36,823 nt of DNA, from IMG/VR virus record IMGVR_UViG_3300009083_000001, positions 1-36,823 of that record; one strand, 5' to 3'. The notes under the pieces are model-generated. The model saw only the letters and a program-made list of their open reading frames with translations. It had not been told where the DNA came from and searched no databases. The position numbers were made by a program, and so were the translations under genes. Every line of letters starts with the position of its first letter. The first letter of the stretch is position 1. Of the stretch, positions 9,030 through 19,311 are shown one piece after another. Origin of the DNA: a virus.

Positions 9030-11030
9030 TTAAGCTCCCCGTCTACCAAGTAAGTCTTCTGCAGGTTCCGCCGGCTGGGCTGCCATACTCCCGGTCGCTT
9101 GCTCTTCTCCGCTCGGCCCAGGAACAGGCGCTTCACCCCCAATGTCCGCGCCGGGAGGAGGCGGCATCTGTTGCTGAGGCGGACCACCTTCCGGCATGCG
9201 ACCGGTATTGGCCATCGCTTGCAGGAAAGGGGCTGTTGTAGACGCCAACCGGTTATGCTCTTCAATGTGAGCCAAGATCATTTGCACCCGCTGAGAATCT
9301 TTTCTAATTCTCGGATCATTCAGCATCGTCTTATGCTTAAAGATGTGGAGCGCGTGGTCATCAATCGAGACGGCAATGACGGTTTCGCCCTCGGTCATCA
9401 TCTCGTTTTCAGACTGGATGAGATCGTTTTGCGACAACTCTGTCTCAAAGAGACGAGATAGCGGCTCGCCGTCTAGGATCGAGGCATACTCCTGCATATT
9501 CTTGACAAGCCCCTTCTCGATCGACTTATCGGCTATCTCGATACGGCCAGCCATAGTCATGAGAAGAGGGTTCACGCTCTGGATCTTAATGGAAGTGATG
9601 GGCTCAAGAGAGGAACCGGTAAAGGGCTTGGAGAAAGCCTGGTAGTTCTTGCCGGTGAGTCGCACCATCCGCTCGGTCTTGGCGAAGCGTCTGTAGCCGT
9701 TGATGCTGTGCATCATAATGCGCTCAAGGACGTCCTGCGTTGACTTGCTGTAGCTGGATAGAAATTCCAAAGCATTCGTCGTCAGTGTGGCGATGGCTAC
9801 GCCAGAGGTGCCACCGGGAAGCTCCCCGCGCACGGCGGCGTTGATGTTTGACATCTGCTGCATATTGCTAAGCAGCACCTCGGGCAGCTTAAAGAGCTCA
9901 GGAGAAGAACTCACCAGCTGCAGAGGTTCTGGCTTCCCACCCCCAGGCACGTCCTGCGGCGTATAGGCGATGAAGTTCATGCCCAAGATCTCTTGGACAT
10001 TGATGTCCGCTCCCCGTGGAGCCGTGACGTTTTGCACACCCAAAGCTGAGTGGTTAGTGGCAATAGCGCTTAGGTCGTGGTCATACATCTCTTGAGCGGG
10101 CAAGAGGTTAGAAAGCATAGGGTAACCAAAGCCAAGCCCCTTGATTGGCTCAGGCTTAAACTGCTCAAACGGGATACAGCCATAACGATTCTCGTCGTCA
10201 GCGTAAACTGTGCGGCTATTGCTATAGAACATCATGCGCCCACGCGGGAGCGCTGGTGTGGGCTTGTGGTAAAGCTCGTAGACCCAAACCATGTCGTCAT
10301 TGTGGACAGTGTAAGCGTCTCTTATCCGGTCGTCCTGGGAGATGCTCGGGAGCGCCAAGATCTCGGTCTCGAGCTCGGGATGCTGAGCCAAAAGCGTCCA
10401 GCGGTTTTTCTTAAACCTGACTTCAAGCCAGTCCTTCTCATCCCAGCTTGAGATGAGAAAGTCATAGAGCATGTCCCTGACGTCAGGCACCACGATCTCG
10501 ATGTCGCCCTCATAGACAACATTTTTTTTGCCGTCGTCATCTTCGCTAACAGCCCGAGGCCTCCCTTTGTCGGTGCGCCAGAGAGCCCCCATAAAGCCGG
10601 TGCCCAGCACCAGGCCGTCTTCCACCATGTTTTCTTGCTTAAGATCGACCGATTGGTCCTTAATTATCTGCTGACAAACAGCATTAGCGATTCTTACCTC
10701 TTCCGTAACGTCAGATTTTTGCACCTCAGCAATGGCGTTAAAGGCCAGCTTTTGCTTGGTGATGAGAGTAAGAAGCTGCCTGATAAGACTCCTTGACTGA
10801 GGGATCGACATCTTAACCAGTTCGCCTTGGTCGCCCTCAAACCTAAGAGACGTCATCCAGGTTTGAGTGTCCAAAACGGTCGAGTAGTAGGCATAGCTAT
10901 TGCGAAGCCACATCTGATAGATGGGGTTCATGGTCCGGCCGAAATATCGGTCGTGATACTGAGACAGCTCAGACGCCAGATCCTCGGCGTCATAAGTCAT
11001 CCAGTATGTGCGCCTACTTTTATTCGTCAT
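9030..11030 (-). CDS. Portal protein
   Basis: 666 aa. The size and overall pattern fit podovirus portals: MVWVYELYHK..., RYGCIPFEQFKPEPIKG, LPAQEMYDH, and a C-terminal DDHALHIFKHK followed by a Pro/Gln/Gly-rich tail. Recognised from memory only. Confidence 0.7.
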   Translation of the reverse strand: MTNKSRRTYWMTYDAEDLASELSQYHDRYFGRTMNPIYQMWLRNSYAYYSTVLDTQTWMTSLRFEGDQGELVKMSIPQSRSLIRQLLTLITKQKLAFNAIAEVQKSDVTEEVRIANAVCQQIIKDQSVDLKQENMVEDGLVLGTGFMGALWRTDKGRPRAVSEDDDGKKNVVYEGDIEIVVPDVRDMLYDFLISSWDEKDWLEVRFKKNRWTLLAQHPELETEILALPSISQDDRIRDAYTVHNDDMVWVYELYHKPTPALPRGRMMFYSNSRTVYADDENRYGCIPFEQFKPEPIKGLGFGYPMLSNLLPAQEMYDHDLSAIATNHSALGVQNVTAPRGADINVQEILGMNFIAYTPQDVPGGGKPEPLQLVSSSPELFKLPEVLLSNMQQMSNINAAVRGELPGGTSGVAIATLTTNALEFLSSYSKSTQDVLERIMMHSINGYRRFAKTERMVRLTGKNYQAFSKPFTGSSLEPITSIKIQSVNPLLMTMAGRIEIADKSIEKGLVKNMQEYASILDGEPLSRLFETELSQNDLIQSENEMMTEGETVIAVSIDDHALHIFKHKTMLNDPRIRKDSQRVQMILAHIEEHNRLASTTAPFLQAMANTGRMPEGGPPQQQMPPPPGADIGGEAPVPGPSGEEQATGSMAAQPAEPAEDLLGRRGA

Positions 11031-14000
11031 TTCGAAACTCGCTCCCTATAGGCCCGCACAGCCCAGCACATGGCCTGGATATCCATCGATTCACCGGCTT
11101 CCCGGTGATTTAAAACTGTCTGGATAAAGGTATTTCGCTGCTGAAACTGTGGCACATAGATCCGGATGGGTGGCGCTGGCTGCGTCGTATATTGGTTGTT
11201 AATTCCGTCTGCCAGTCCCCAAGCGAAAAAGCCCCAAGGCTCGTTTCCCCAACCGCCAGTGGCCGACACCAAAGCCGCGAGCCACTCGGTCTCTTCTGAG
11301 CCACCGAATGTCTGGCCCGTGAAGCTGATACCCAGACGGGTTACACTCGGGCCCTTTGTATGGAGCTGAAGCTGAGTAAATTGCTTAGTAAGACTAATCC
11401 TCCCGGCGTGGAAGGGCGACATCCTGATATCTGAGACAACGCGTTGATAGAGATTCAGAACGTCGGAGGCCAAAACGTTGGTCACCTTGCGGAAGGTGAG
11501 CCTAAATGTAGTGCTCGAGAGCGCCGTCACTGTGGCAATTCGGCTGAAGACGTCGTCCTTCAGCAGCACGTCTCCCTCCATCGGCGTGTAATTGCTCGAT
11601 GTGATGTCTGCGCCAAGGCCGCTGAGCAACACTGAGTTGACAGTAATGCTGTAGTTTTGCCCGACGTAATCTAGGCGGTTGCCGTACTTTCTTTCCTTCA
11701 GCAGCACGTTCTGGTCAGACACCAGATAAAGAATATTGTTAGGACCAACAACGCCGGCCTTAAAGAGAACATCCGACTCAACCCAGGTATCGTTTAAATC
11801 GTTATGACGGTAAGTAATCGTCTTTACCGAGTCGTTAGGTCCTATAGTCGAGAGCCTGTAAGTCCTGTCCGATTCATAGCCGACCGCTGCAGTATTGGTG
11901 GCGATGCCAGTCTTGCCAATGATGGGTTCAATTAGATTCTCAATGCGGCGGGTAATTATCTCAACAGAGGAGTCGGTGGCAACACAACCTCCCTGATTGG
12001 ATAGAAAGCTGACCTTATTGGCCAAGAGGGCAGCGCTATTTTCCGCGACCACGATGACCGTGTTGTCAAGAGTGGTGATCTGAAAGTTAGAGGGATTGTC
12101 TCCAGTAAGCTTAAAAACCCCGTCTTTTTTGAGAATAATGACAGAGTCTCTTAGGGCGAGAATCCTGAGGAGGTCGTAGTTCTTAGAGCCAGCGAACACC
12201 TTATTAAAAACCGGGACGGCCTCGGGCTCGCCGAGCTTGGCAATATAGATCGCATTCGGCTCTCTATCGTTACCGCTTTTGACCTGATTCCCAGAAGCGA
12301 AACTGTCGGGCAGAGACGGCGAGAACGCGCTACCTGCGGTAACTGTATTAGCGCGGACATAGATGATGCCAGTAAAACCAACCGCCCTGAAGAGCATCTG
12401 TCCTGGAACATCGGTGATTCCTGAGACGTAGTTGGCGTAGATAAGACTCAGAGAGTCGCGGTTGATTGCTTTGACTAGCCCCTGGGCCGTGTTTCTGAGC
12501 TGAGTCGAGACACTCGGATCAGAGTTATCGAGCTGGAAAATAGGGTTGGCGCCATCGGTGACGCCCTCGAAATAAAGGCTTGTGACCGCGCTGTATAGAA
12601 CCGACACACCTCCCGAGGTGAGAGATAATTCAAAGGTCCCAGCCGTGACGCTGCCCACAAAATAGGTGCCCTCTGTCAGCGTGCCGCCGGTGATGGTCGA
12701 AATATAGACCGTGAAGCCGTTCGAAAGACCGTGTCCGGCATAGTCGATCCTGAGGTCTCCAGCGGCATTTGTAATGCTCTCAGACTTGACTGTCCTATTG
12801 CCCACGCCCGTCTTGGCGACATACTGCCTAGTTGTTACGTCAACTTTTATTTCGACATAGTCCGAGGTGGCGAGCGCAGCAGGATCGACAACGCTCAGCT
12901 CAAGAACGTGCCTCGTCGTGCAGTTGCCAAACATGGCGTAGTTGTTAAAGAGCGTGATGTCTTGGCAGAGAGGTGGCCTTAGGTTCGCCTGGTCCTCGCC
13001 CTCCCTGCTGTTGGGGTTAGTGTAAAGCTCAGGCGCAAACTCAACTAAGATCTCCTCAACCTCGTCTAGGAAAGTGACAAGTCCGGCCGTAATTTCAGCA
13101 GAAGTGAGGTTTTGCTGCTCAATTAAGCGAAAGTCGACGGTAGGAGACACGGCCGAGCTATTGGACTGACTGGTTCGGTAAATCTGGAAGTAAAAAATGT
13201 CTGCGGCGTCTGTGATCTCTCTTGGAACAGTGAATTCTATCAGAGGCGACCTGGTCGCCGTATATGCAAGCGTTCCAGTCGAGTTGGCCGCTGTTTCTGA
13301 GAATGTAAAGGCGCTGGATGTCGTAACGGTAATGAGATACGTGCCGTCTGCAACCTGAGGTGCGCCGCCAGCAGACCCACTAACTACGATATTCATACCG
13401 GTGGATAAGTTGTGAGTAGCGGAGGTGACCGTGACGACGTTTGACGTTCTACTCCAAGCAACTCCAATCTTTTTACTATTAGTAAGAACTAAAATGTCAC
13501 CAGGAGCGCCTAAAACCTGGTTACTATTGGCGTCCGTACGGCCAAATAGAACGCGGTAACCAATCTGGGTTTCTCCGACTACCGGGCCGTTTGAAGAGAA
13601 GAAACTTCCTCTTATATCGAGCCCAGGAGGACTTCCGGACTTATAAATCTTGGCGTTGTAGTCATCAATTTTGATAACACCGGCATCGGTTGTTAAATAA
13701 AAGTTGCCGTTTTGTTCCATAGCCCTGGAAACACGGGGCGACGCAATGGATACGGTCTGGCCCGTCAGGTTGGTGCGCGATCCAGTCTCGTTAGGAGCCG
13801 ATCCAGTGTCGGTGAAGTAAGCCAGGTCGTCAGTGAAGGCAGCTAGAAGCCTATTCTTATAGAGAAAGAGATTATTTAGCGTGTCCGTCGTCGGATCGTA
13901 GTACTCGTAGAATCCTCTGGCCTTAGCAATGACGTTGTCATCGTTAAGATCGATATTAAACGTCCGCTCCATCGCACCGTCGGGCACGTCAAAGCTATTT

Positions 14001-14053
14001 TGCTGGGCGAAAAGGCCCAGAAACTTACGGATTTCGGGAAAATCCATAGCCAT
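11027..14053 (-). CDS. Large virion structural protein (putative tail hub / nozzle-like)
   Basis: 1008-aa beta-rich ORF, translationally coupled to the 313-aa ORF upstream and the portal gene downstream. Its position matches the large tail-tube protein of podoviruses. Confidence 0.5.
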   Translation of the reverse strand: MAMDFPEIRKFLGLFAQQNSFDVPDGAMERTFNIDLNDDNVIAKARGFYEYYDPTTDTLNNLFLYKNRLLAAFTDDLAYFTDTGSAPNETGSRTNLTGQTVSIASPRVSRAMEQNGNFYLTTDAGVIKIDDYNAKIYKSGSPPGLDIRGSFFSSNGPVVGETQIGYRVLFGRTDANSNQVLGAPGDILVLTNSKKIGVAWSRTSNVVTVTSATHNLSTGMNIVVSGSAGGAPQVADGTYLITVTTSSAFTFSETAANSTGTLAYTATRSPLIEFTVPREITDAADIFYFQIYRTSQSNSSAVSPTVDFRLIEQQNLTSAEITAGLVTFLDEVEEILVEFAPELYTNPNSREGEDQANLRPPLCQDITLFNNYAMFGNCTTRHVLELSVVDPAALATSDYVEIKVDVTTRQYVAKTGVGNRTVKSESITNAAGDLRIDYAGHGLSNGFTVYISTITGGTLTEGTYFVGSVTAGTFELSLTSGGVSVLYSAVTSLYFEGVTDGANPIFQLDNSDPSVSTQLRNTAQGLVKAINRDSLSLIYANYVSGITDVPGQMLFRAVGFTGIIYVRANTVTAGSAFSPSLPDSFASGNQVKSGNDREPNAIYIAKLGEPEAVPVFNKVFAGSKNYDLLRILALRDSVIILKKDGVFKLTGDNPSNFQITTLDNTVIVVAENSAALLANKVSFLSNQGGCVATDSSVEIITRRIENLIEPIIGKTGIATNTAAVGYESDRTYRLSTIGPNDSVKTITYRHNDLNDTWVESDVLFKAGVVGPNNILYLVSDQNVLLKERKYGNRLDYVGQNYSITVNSVLLSGLGADITSSNYTPMEGDVLLKDDVFSRIATVTALSSTTFRLTFRKVTNVLASDVLNLYQRVVSDIRMSPFHAGRISLTKQFTQLQLHTKGPSVTRLGISFTGQTFGGSEETEWLAALVSATGGWGNEPWGFFAWGLADGINNQYTTQPAPPIRIYVPQFQQRNTFIQTVLNHREAGESMDIQAMCWAVRAYRERVSK

Positions 14054-14994
14054 TAGCTGTAAAACCCGCCTCTAACACGCCAAGAGTTAAAGCCCTGGCC
14101 TCTCAGCAGGCCTCTTCTGTTGACGATTTTTGTTTGCTCGCCCTGAACCCTGGGGCTAATCACCTTAAGCAGGTCTTTTTCTTGTCTTGCAGCGTCAGAA
14201 AGCAGCTTCTCTGCACCCTCATAGTCGCTGATGGCATAGAGCACCCTCTCGCCTGTGAGAGTTTCAAGAAGTGGCACAGCTTCATCTGGGATTTGCAGCA
14301 CCGGCGTCTCTTGCGCTAACGCAATGTAGTCGCCCGCAACTAAGTCTGACGGGATATCGCTGGCAGATGTGAAAGTAACTTGGGAGCCTGAGACGTTGGT
14401 GATTTGGACATCCATGGCAAGTGTCGAACAGCCCTGAATGCCCTTCACAAAATCAACGTAGACACCGGACGCAAACGACGGCGGAACCGTCGCGCAAGTG
14501 ACCACATTAGTTGACACCGACTGAATTAAAGCGGCAGATGTCGTCTGCACCAGCCTACTTGGCTGAAGGTCATAGTACTTGATCAGCTCGTACTGATCAG
14601 AGATGGGGTATGGAACCAAGACGATCTTGTCGCCCCTAAAATAAAACCCCGACGGCACGCCGGAAGGCGCCATCATGTGAGCGTCCTCTAAAGCGATAAG
14701 CGACATGTCCTGAATAGAGTTGGTGGCACCCACCTGCCTCATCTTCAGATCTCTAAGAGTCCTCCCAATAGAGCGGTAAGGAATGGAGTAGGCGGCTTGG
14801 TTAGCCACCTCCACCTCCGTCTCCTCGACGACGAAATAGTTTTCGTTAACCGAAAGGAGAAGAGGGACCATTTTGTCCCTCATCACGTCGTCACACAGCT
14901 CAAGCATCCCAGGGTTATCAATCAGTACCTGGTTTGCCGGAATTGTGATGCGTCGCTTGAGACCTCTTAGGAACTTGTCGCCCGTTACGGTCAT
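14053..14994 (-). CDS. Virion structural protein (putative head-tail adaptor / tail tubular A-like)
   Basis: 313 aa, with ATGA-type overlaps on both sides. The function is inferred from position only. Confidence 0.4.
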   Translation of the reverse strand: MTVTGDKFLRGLKRRITIPANQVLIDNPGMLELCDDVMRDKMVPLLLSVNENYFVVEETEVEVANQAAYSIPYRSIGRTLRDLKMRQVGATNSIQDMSLIALEDAHMMAPSGVPSGFYFRGDKIVLVPYPISDQYELIKYYDLQPSRLVQTTSAALIQSVSTNVVTCATVPPSFASGVYVDFVKGIQGCSTLAMDVQITNVSGSQVTFTSASDIPSDLVAGDYIALAQETPVLQIPDEAVPLLETLTGERVLYAISDYEGAEKLLSDAARQEKDLLKVISPRVQGEQTKIVNRRGLLRGQGFNSWRVRGGFYS

Positions 14995-15452
14995 GCGGTC
15001 CTTGCCTTAAAGAGCTTGCCGCCCTTGGCTTTTTGGGAGATTCCGAATGTAGGCTTGGCTTCCATTTTGGGCATGACCACTGCCGTTCCAGGGCGCCTCG
15101 TGTTCTTTGGCTTCGGCCGGAAATAGTCACGCTTCATCTTTTCAAGATCCGAAACAGCTTCCTCTTCCTCGCCTTCGCCTTCGCCCACGCCACTTAGCTC
15201 ATCTGATTCTTCTTCTGAAGACTCAGCCATTTCTTCCACGTCGTCACCTGCGTCGGCATCATCAACCAAGTTGTCTTCAGCAACATTGCCAGCTTCCTGA
15301 AGGGTGTCGGTCAAATCCTCCATGCTCATAGGATCGTCACCGTCAGCCATGAGCTCTTGCATGAGCTTTCTTAGCTCTTTGATCTTTTCTTTCTTGGCGT
15401 CCGCATAAAGCGGATCATCGTCTTCCATATCCATCATGTTGCAATCCTTCAT
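14991..15452 (-). CDS. Extremely acidic protein with a basic C-terminal tail
   Basis: 153 aa. Residues ~1-100 are dominated by D/E (MEDDDPLYAD..., DDADAGDDVEEMAESSEEESDE..GEGEGEEEEA). The last ~45 aa are K/R-rich. The stop overlaps the next start (ATGA). An alternative start at Met6 (15437) follows AAGGA. Confidence 0.75.
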   Translation of the reverse strand: MKDCNMMDMEDDDPLYADAKKEKIKELRKLMQELMADGDDPMSMEDLTDTLQEAGNVAEDNLVDDADAGDDVEEMAESSEEESDELSGVGEGEGEEEEAVSDLEKMKRDYFRPKPKNTRRPGTAVVMPKMEAKPTFGISQKAKGGKLFKARTA

Positions 15453-15454
15453 GG

Positions 15455-16273
15455 TTATGCTGCAGCTCTAAGGGCCTGGTAGGAGACAATATGGTCTGTC
15501 GATGGATCGCCGCTGAAGACGATCGTCACAGTATTTGTTGTTGGAGCAGCTGAGACGATGGTGCGTGGTGTTACGCCAACGGTTTGGATGGTGACAAAGA
15601 CAATGTCTGTCGCCGCAACACCAGTGACCGTGAAAGCCTCAGATGCAGAACCACCCGCTGTGGTGCGCTTGCCGGCATACTTCACAACGTGGCTTGGCGC
15701 GATACCGGCACCAAGCATCGCAAGTAGGACTTTGGCAGAACCAATAGCGGTTACACCAGTGTTGCCGATTGTTACGTCACCTGTTACCGCAACAGATGTC
15801 GCGACGTTGCCAGCGCTACCAACAAGAACTTGTGTCGATGTCAGAGTTGCAAGCTTTGAGAATGCGATTGCAGCCGAGGCACTAACATCGGCGTTTACAA
15901 TCGAGCCCGCAGGGATAGAGCCAGCGCCTCGACCAGCTTCCAGCCAGTTGGTGCCGTCACTGATAAGTTGAATGGAGTCGTACTGAGTAGGCTCCCAGTC
16001 GGCCTGAAGCTTCTGGATGCCGGTATTAACAAGCTGAGCCGTTGTTGAGGCACCAGTCGTAAAGGTAATCGTCAGCATGTGACCAACAAGCTTACTCACA
16101 CCAAGAGTAAAGGTCCTATTGGCAGCTGTGGTGTTATTTGATCCAAGGAGCAGCAGCCCGATACCAGTCATGTCAAGCGGCGTGTTGTCGGCTATCAAAG
16201 TGACGCTTGTGCTGGTAGCGCCAAGAGGAGTGCCCTTGGCCATGTATCCGTCTCTGAAATTGTCGTAGCCCAC
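15455..16273 (-). CDS. Fibre-like structural protein
   Basis: 272 aa, GTG start, T/S/A/G/V-rich, sandwiched in the virion operon. Its N-terminal module loosely resembles that of the 527-aa protein. Confidence 0.55.
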   Translation of the reverse strand: MGYDNFRDGYMAKGTPLGATSTSVTLIADNTPLDMTGIGLLLLGSNNTTAANRTFTLGVSKLVGHMLTITFTTGASTTAQLVNTGIQKLQADWEPTQYDSIQLISDGTNWLEAGRGAGSIPAGSIVNADVSASAAIAFSKLATLTSTQVLVGSAGNVATSVAVTGDVTIGNTGVTAIGSAKVLLAMLGAGIAPSHVVKYAGKRTTAGGSASEAFTVTGVAATDIVFVTIQTVGVTPRTIVSAAPTTNTVTIVFSGDPSTDHIVSYQALRAAA

Positions 16274-16285
16274 GTTAAATCCCCT

Positions 16286-17869
16286 TTATTTAATGATGTA
16301 AGTGAATATGAACCTGTTGTCTCGGTTGGTCGTTGTAGTGGCTACAAAGTCGACGCGAGCTCTGTCGGTGGCAGAATCGGAAGATATCTGTCCGGCTTCG
16401 ACACCGGTCCCGGTATTGGAGATACCGTTACAGTCGTTTCCGTCAGAGGCGGTGAAGTTAGAGGCAATCGGCAGAGCGATTTGGTAGTTGGAAGCAATCG
16501 CTGATGTCACGTCAATATCAACCCGTCCGGACACATTTACCATCGTACCAACTCTAAAATAGTTGGTCGCATAAGGAGTAGAGGAGGCTACGTTGGTGCC
16601 GTTAGTAATGGTCGGTGTATAGGTTCCGTATTCTGTTGCACCGCTCACGATCCAGTGCGCTGCCGTCGTAGGAGTAGCCTGGTTGGCGGTCAGCACCACT
16701 CGTCCGGTACTTCTAAGCGTTGTAATGGTGTTTGCGCCGCTTGATTGGATTGTAAGAATGAAGGCGCTATCAGTGTGCTGCGTCTCGACAGTAATCCGGT
16801 AACCTTGCGGGACACCGGTTGTCGGAAGAGTGCATGTCCTGCTCGCCGTCAGGTTAAAGACCTGAAAGTTAGGGTTATCTAGGTCGAATCCCGTGGTGCC
16901 GGCGCCTTGTGCTACTGCAACGTTACTCGGGTTATAGCCGTATGCAGGGATTGATCCTCCGCCAGAGAGCGCAGTAGAAATTTTGCCTATTGCAAGTCTT
17001 GCGGGGGTTGAGCCGCTAGACGAATAGATAACATCGCCCGTGGTTGTCATCGGATTGGTCAGAACAGCAGCGTAAGCGAGGCCAGACGCAGCGACCGATG
17101 ATGCGACCAAGGCAAAGCCGTCTGTTCCGACTCCCACGCGTATGTTGTCAGAGCCGTCATAGGCAATGAGATCGCCCTTAGTTGTCGTGGGCGCAAGTGC
17201 ATCAAATGCAGGTGTTTTAGACGTCTGTCCGGTCCCGCCATCACTAATTACGACAGGCGTTGCGACTAGAGTCCCAGTAGTTGGCAGAGTGACGTTAGTT
17301 GAGCCGGTAGTTGTAACAGTAAGGGCGTGGTTGCCTGACCGTGTCAGCGTCGCCGCGTCGTTATTGGCGACACCAGTCCCGCCCTTACTCGGTGCGATCG
17401 TCCCAGTGATATCAGCGCTGGTGATTGTTCCTGGCTTGATATTGTTAACGAGCACCTTCCAGTCAGTCCCTGATGCGGAGTACTGGATCATCACACTCTG
17501 ACTATTGTGGTTTAGAACTTGAGTCGCGGCTCCTCCGATTGTTGCGGAGCCGTTAGGAGTAATAGTGATGTTATTGCTCGCCGCGTCACCAGTGCCGTCT
17601 ACGACGACAAAGACCTGGCCGTCGATACCAGCAGGAAGCGTGACCGCTACAGCTCCCGGAGCAGCAAGCTGCGTCACAACAGCAAAGTCAGTGGTTGCAG
17701 AGACTGTAACCGGACTTGTCGTAGCAACCCGGATTGCTTGCTTCATCTCCTGAGAGATGGCAGCACTTGTGCCCAGCGCGATTAGAAAATTAGACAGACT
17801 TGGCCAGTTAACTTCACCAGCGGCGGGGATGGCATAAGTTACGCCGTTCCAAACAACGTTCGTGCTCAT
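16286..17869 (-). CDS. Fibre-like structural protein (tail or head fibre)
   Basis: 527 aa, T/S/G/A-rich with repeated GGTG motifs. GGAG lies 6 nt upstream of the ATG. It is directly downstream of the capsid gene. Confidence 0.6.
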   Translation of the reverse strand: MSTNVVWNGVTYAIPAAGEVNWPSLSNFLIALGTSAAISQEMKQAIRVATTSPVTVSATTDFAVVTQLAAPGAVAVTLPAGIDGQVFVVVDGTGDAASNNITITPNGSATIGGAATQVLNHNSQSVMIQYSASGTDWKVLVNNIKPGTITSADITGTIAPSKGGTGVANNDAATLTRSGNHALTVTTTGSTNVTLPTTGTLVATPVVISDGGTGQTSKTPAFDALAPTTTKGDLIAYDGSDNIRVGVGTDGFALVASSVAASGLAYAAVLTNPMTTTGDVIYSSSGSTPARLAIGKISTALSGGGSIPAYGYNPSNVAVAQGAGTTGFDLDNPNFQVFNLTASRTCTLPTTGVPQGYRITVETQHTDSAFILTIQSSGANTITTLRSTGRVVLTANQATPTTAAHWIVSGATEYGTYTPTITNGTNVASSTPYATNYFRVGTMVNVSGRVDIDVTSAIASNYQIALPIASNFTASDGNDCNGISNTGTGVEAGQISSDSATDRARVDFVATTTTNRDNRFIFTYIIK

Positions 17870-17877
17870 TTAAGCTC

Positions 17878-17916
17878 CAAGCAAGAAAGAGAGGGGGGAT
17901 TTCTCCCCGCCTCTCT
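17878..17916 (-). terminator. Strong hairpin (12 bp, 1 bulge, GAAA loop) plus U-rich tail directly after the capsid gene
   Basis: Minus-strand RNA reads AGAGAGGCGGGGA-GAAA-TCCCCCCTCTCT followed by TTCTTGCTT. It sits between the capsid stop (17928) and the RBS of the next gene. Confidence 0.55.
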
Positions 17917-17927
17917 CGTCAAATCGT

Positions 17928-19256
17928 TTAGGCCGACGCTGATGGATTGATACCGGTGATCAGAAGGTTCTGAGCTGGCATCGGGGTGAAGACGTACTCA
18001 TCGCTGTAGGATTTGAACTGATAGCCAGCTTGGTTATCAAGCGGCTTGATCAGGTCGTCCCCGTCCATTCCGGGAACTTTGAATCCTGGTTGTGCCGAGC
18101 CCGAACGCTTCCATGTGTCGAGCTTCAGCACAAATGCATCGCCTTCCATGACCATGCGGTGCGCTTTGACGGTGATCTTCCCGTTCTGGCTGTAGAACTC
18201 AAGATCTTGAAAGCCGTTTTGCGCTTGGCTTGACTTGTAAGACGAGTCGTAAACCCGAAGGCCGGACTCAGTGGTGGCGAAGTTGGCCCAGTTAAGCGGG
18301 TTCAGGTAACAGGTGACGTCACCTTCCAAACCACCGCCGTTGGTGGCGTCAGCAATGCCCTCCTGCAAGCGACCAAGAGTCAGCTTGTAGTTGTTGCCGA
18401 GGTCTAACCGGTTACCAGCAAAGAGCTCGTACTGAGTATTGTTGATACCGAAGAGGACGCCTTGGGTAGAAAGGATGTCGTAGATGCCGACCATCTCGCC
18501 AAGAGTCGCCATGCCGTCTAAAGCAAGACGAAGTGAGCCGGAACCAGAGGCAGCAGTAGCTGCTACTGGCACGAAGTCGACAACAAGATAGCCGTACTTA
18601 CTTTGGACCGAGACGAGCTTGCCCGAGGCAACAGGCACGCCGGCACTATTCAGCTGCTGGATTTTTACACCTTTACGGCCAACCCAAAGACCGGATGCAA
18701 AGTCACCTGGCTTAAGCAAGATGGCTTTAGCTGCGGCACTCGCGCCGCCTACGAACGTCACGCCGTTAAGCACGCCGCTACCGTTAACAAAGGCTTCATT
18801 CCGGTAAGTACCGGTGAAGTAGGAGACGTAGCCAAACTCTTTATCAGCCTGACCGTATAAACGGAAAGATTCGAGAAAGCGCTCGTGGGACGACAAGTTG
18901 TTACGGGTAATGAACTTGGTGGCTTTGAAAAACGCCTGGGAGTCTCCCAATGAGCGCGAGATGGTGGCAAAAGGCAGAATCGATGGCAAGACGGTGACGT
19001 ATGGCACGACACTGGTTTGCTTCACGGTACCAGCAATGGCCGGGTTGATCTCAAACGCTTCTTGGCCGCTACCACCCAAGGTGATACCAACCTCGTCACC
19101 CAAGACCACATCTTCCTTGAACACGTCACCGACGCGGTCACCCTCAGCCCAGCCAATATCTTTGGATAGCTGTTGGCTGTCCGGAACCAGCTCATGCATC
19201 TGGCCGTATACTTCTTTAAAGAGCTCAACAGCTTGGTTATTTGAAACGCTAGACAT
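17928..19256 (-). CDS. Major capsid protein (HK97-fold type)
   Basis: 442 aa in the position after the scaffold-like gene. The sequence has capsid character (EAFEINPAIAGTVKQTSVVPY..., central Gly/Val-rich insertion). A terminator-like hairpin follows it. Confidence 0.7.
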   Translation of the reverse strand: MSSVSNNQAVELFKEVYGQMHELVPDSQQLSKDIGWAEGDRVGDVFKEDVVLGDEVGITLGGSGQEAFEINPAIAGTVKQTSVVPYVTVLPSILPFATISRSLGDSQAFFKATKFITRNNLSSHERFLESFRLYGQADKEFGYVSYFTGTYRNEAFVNGSGVLNGVTFVGGASAAAKAILLKPGDFASGLWVGRKGVKIQQLNSAGVPVASGKLVSVQSKYGYLVVDFVPVAATAASGSGSLRLALDGMATLGEMVGIYDILSTQGVLFGINNTQYELFAGNRLDLGNNYKLTLGRLQEGIADATNGGGLEGDVTCYLNPLNWANFATTESGLRVYDSSYKSSQAQNGFQDLEFYSQNGKITVKAHRMVMEGDAFVLKLDTWKRSGSAQPGFKVPGMDGDDLIKPLDNQAGYQFKSYSDEYVFTPMPAQNLLITGINPSASA

Positions 19257-19311
19257 AGGAAAACACCCTTCCTTAGGCGGTTTTTGCCGTTAATTTCGCC
19301 GAGATTTGGCG

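Noticed and set aside
1180-19293. Many ORFs of 60-165 aa lie antisense to or out of frame within the large virion genes, for example 1180-1548, 2283-2531, 7549-8172, 8503-9000, 15558-15971 and 18898-19293.
   Set aside because: They lie wholly inside longer, tightly coupled minus-strand genes. Their composition is skewed as expected for shadow frames of GC-balanced coding DNA, and they lack start-site signals.
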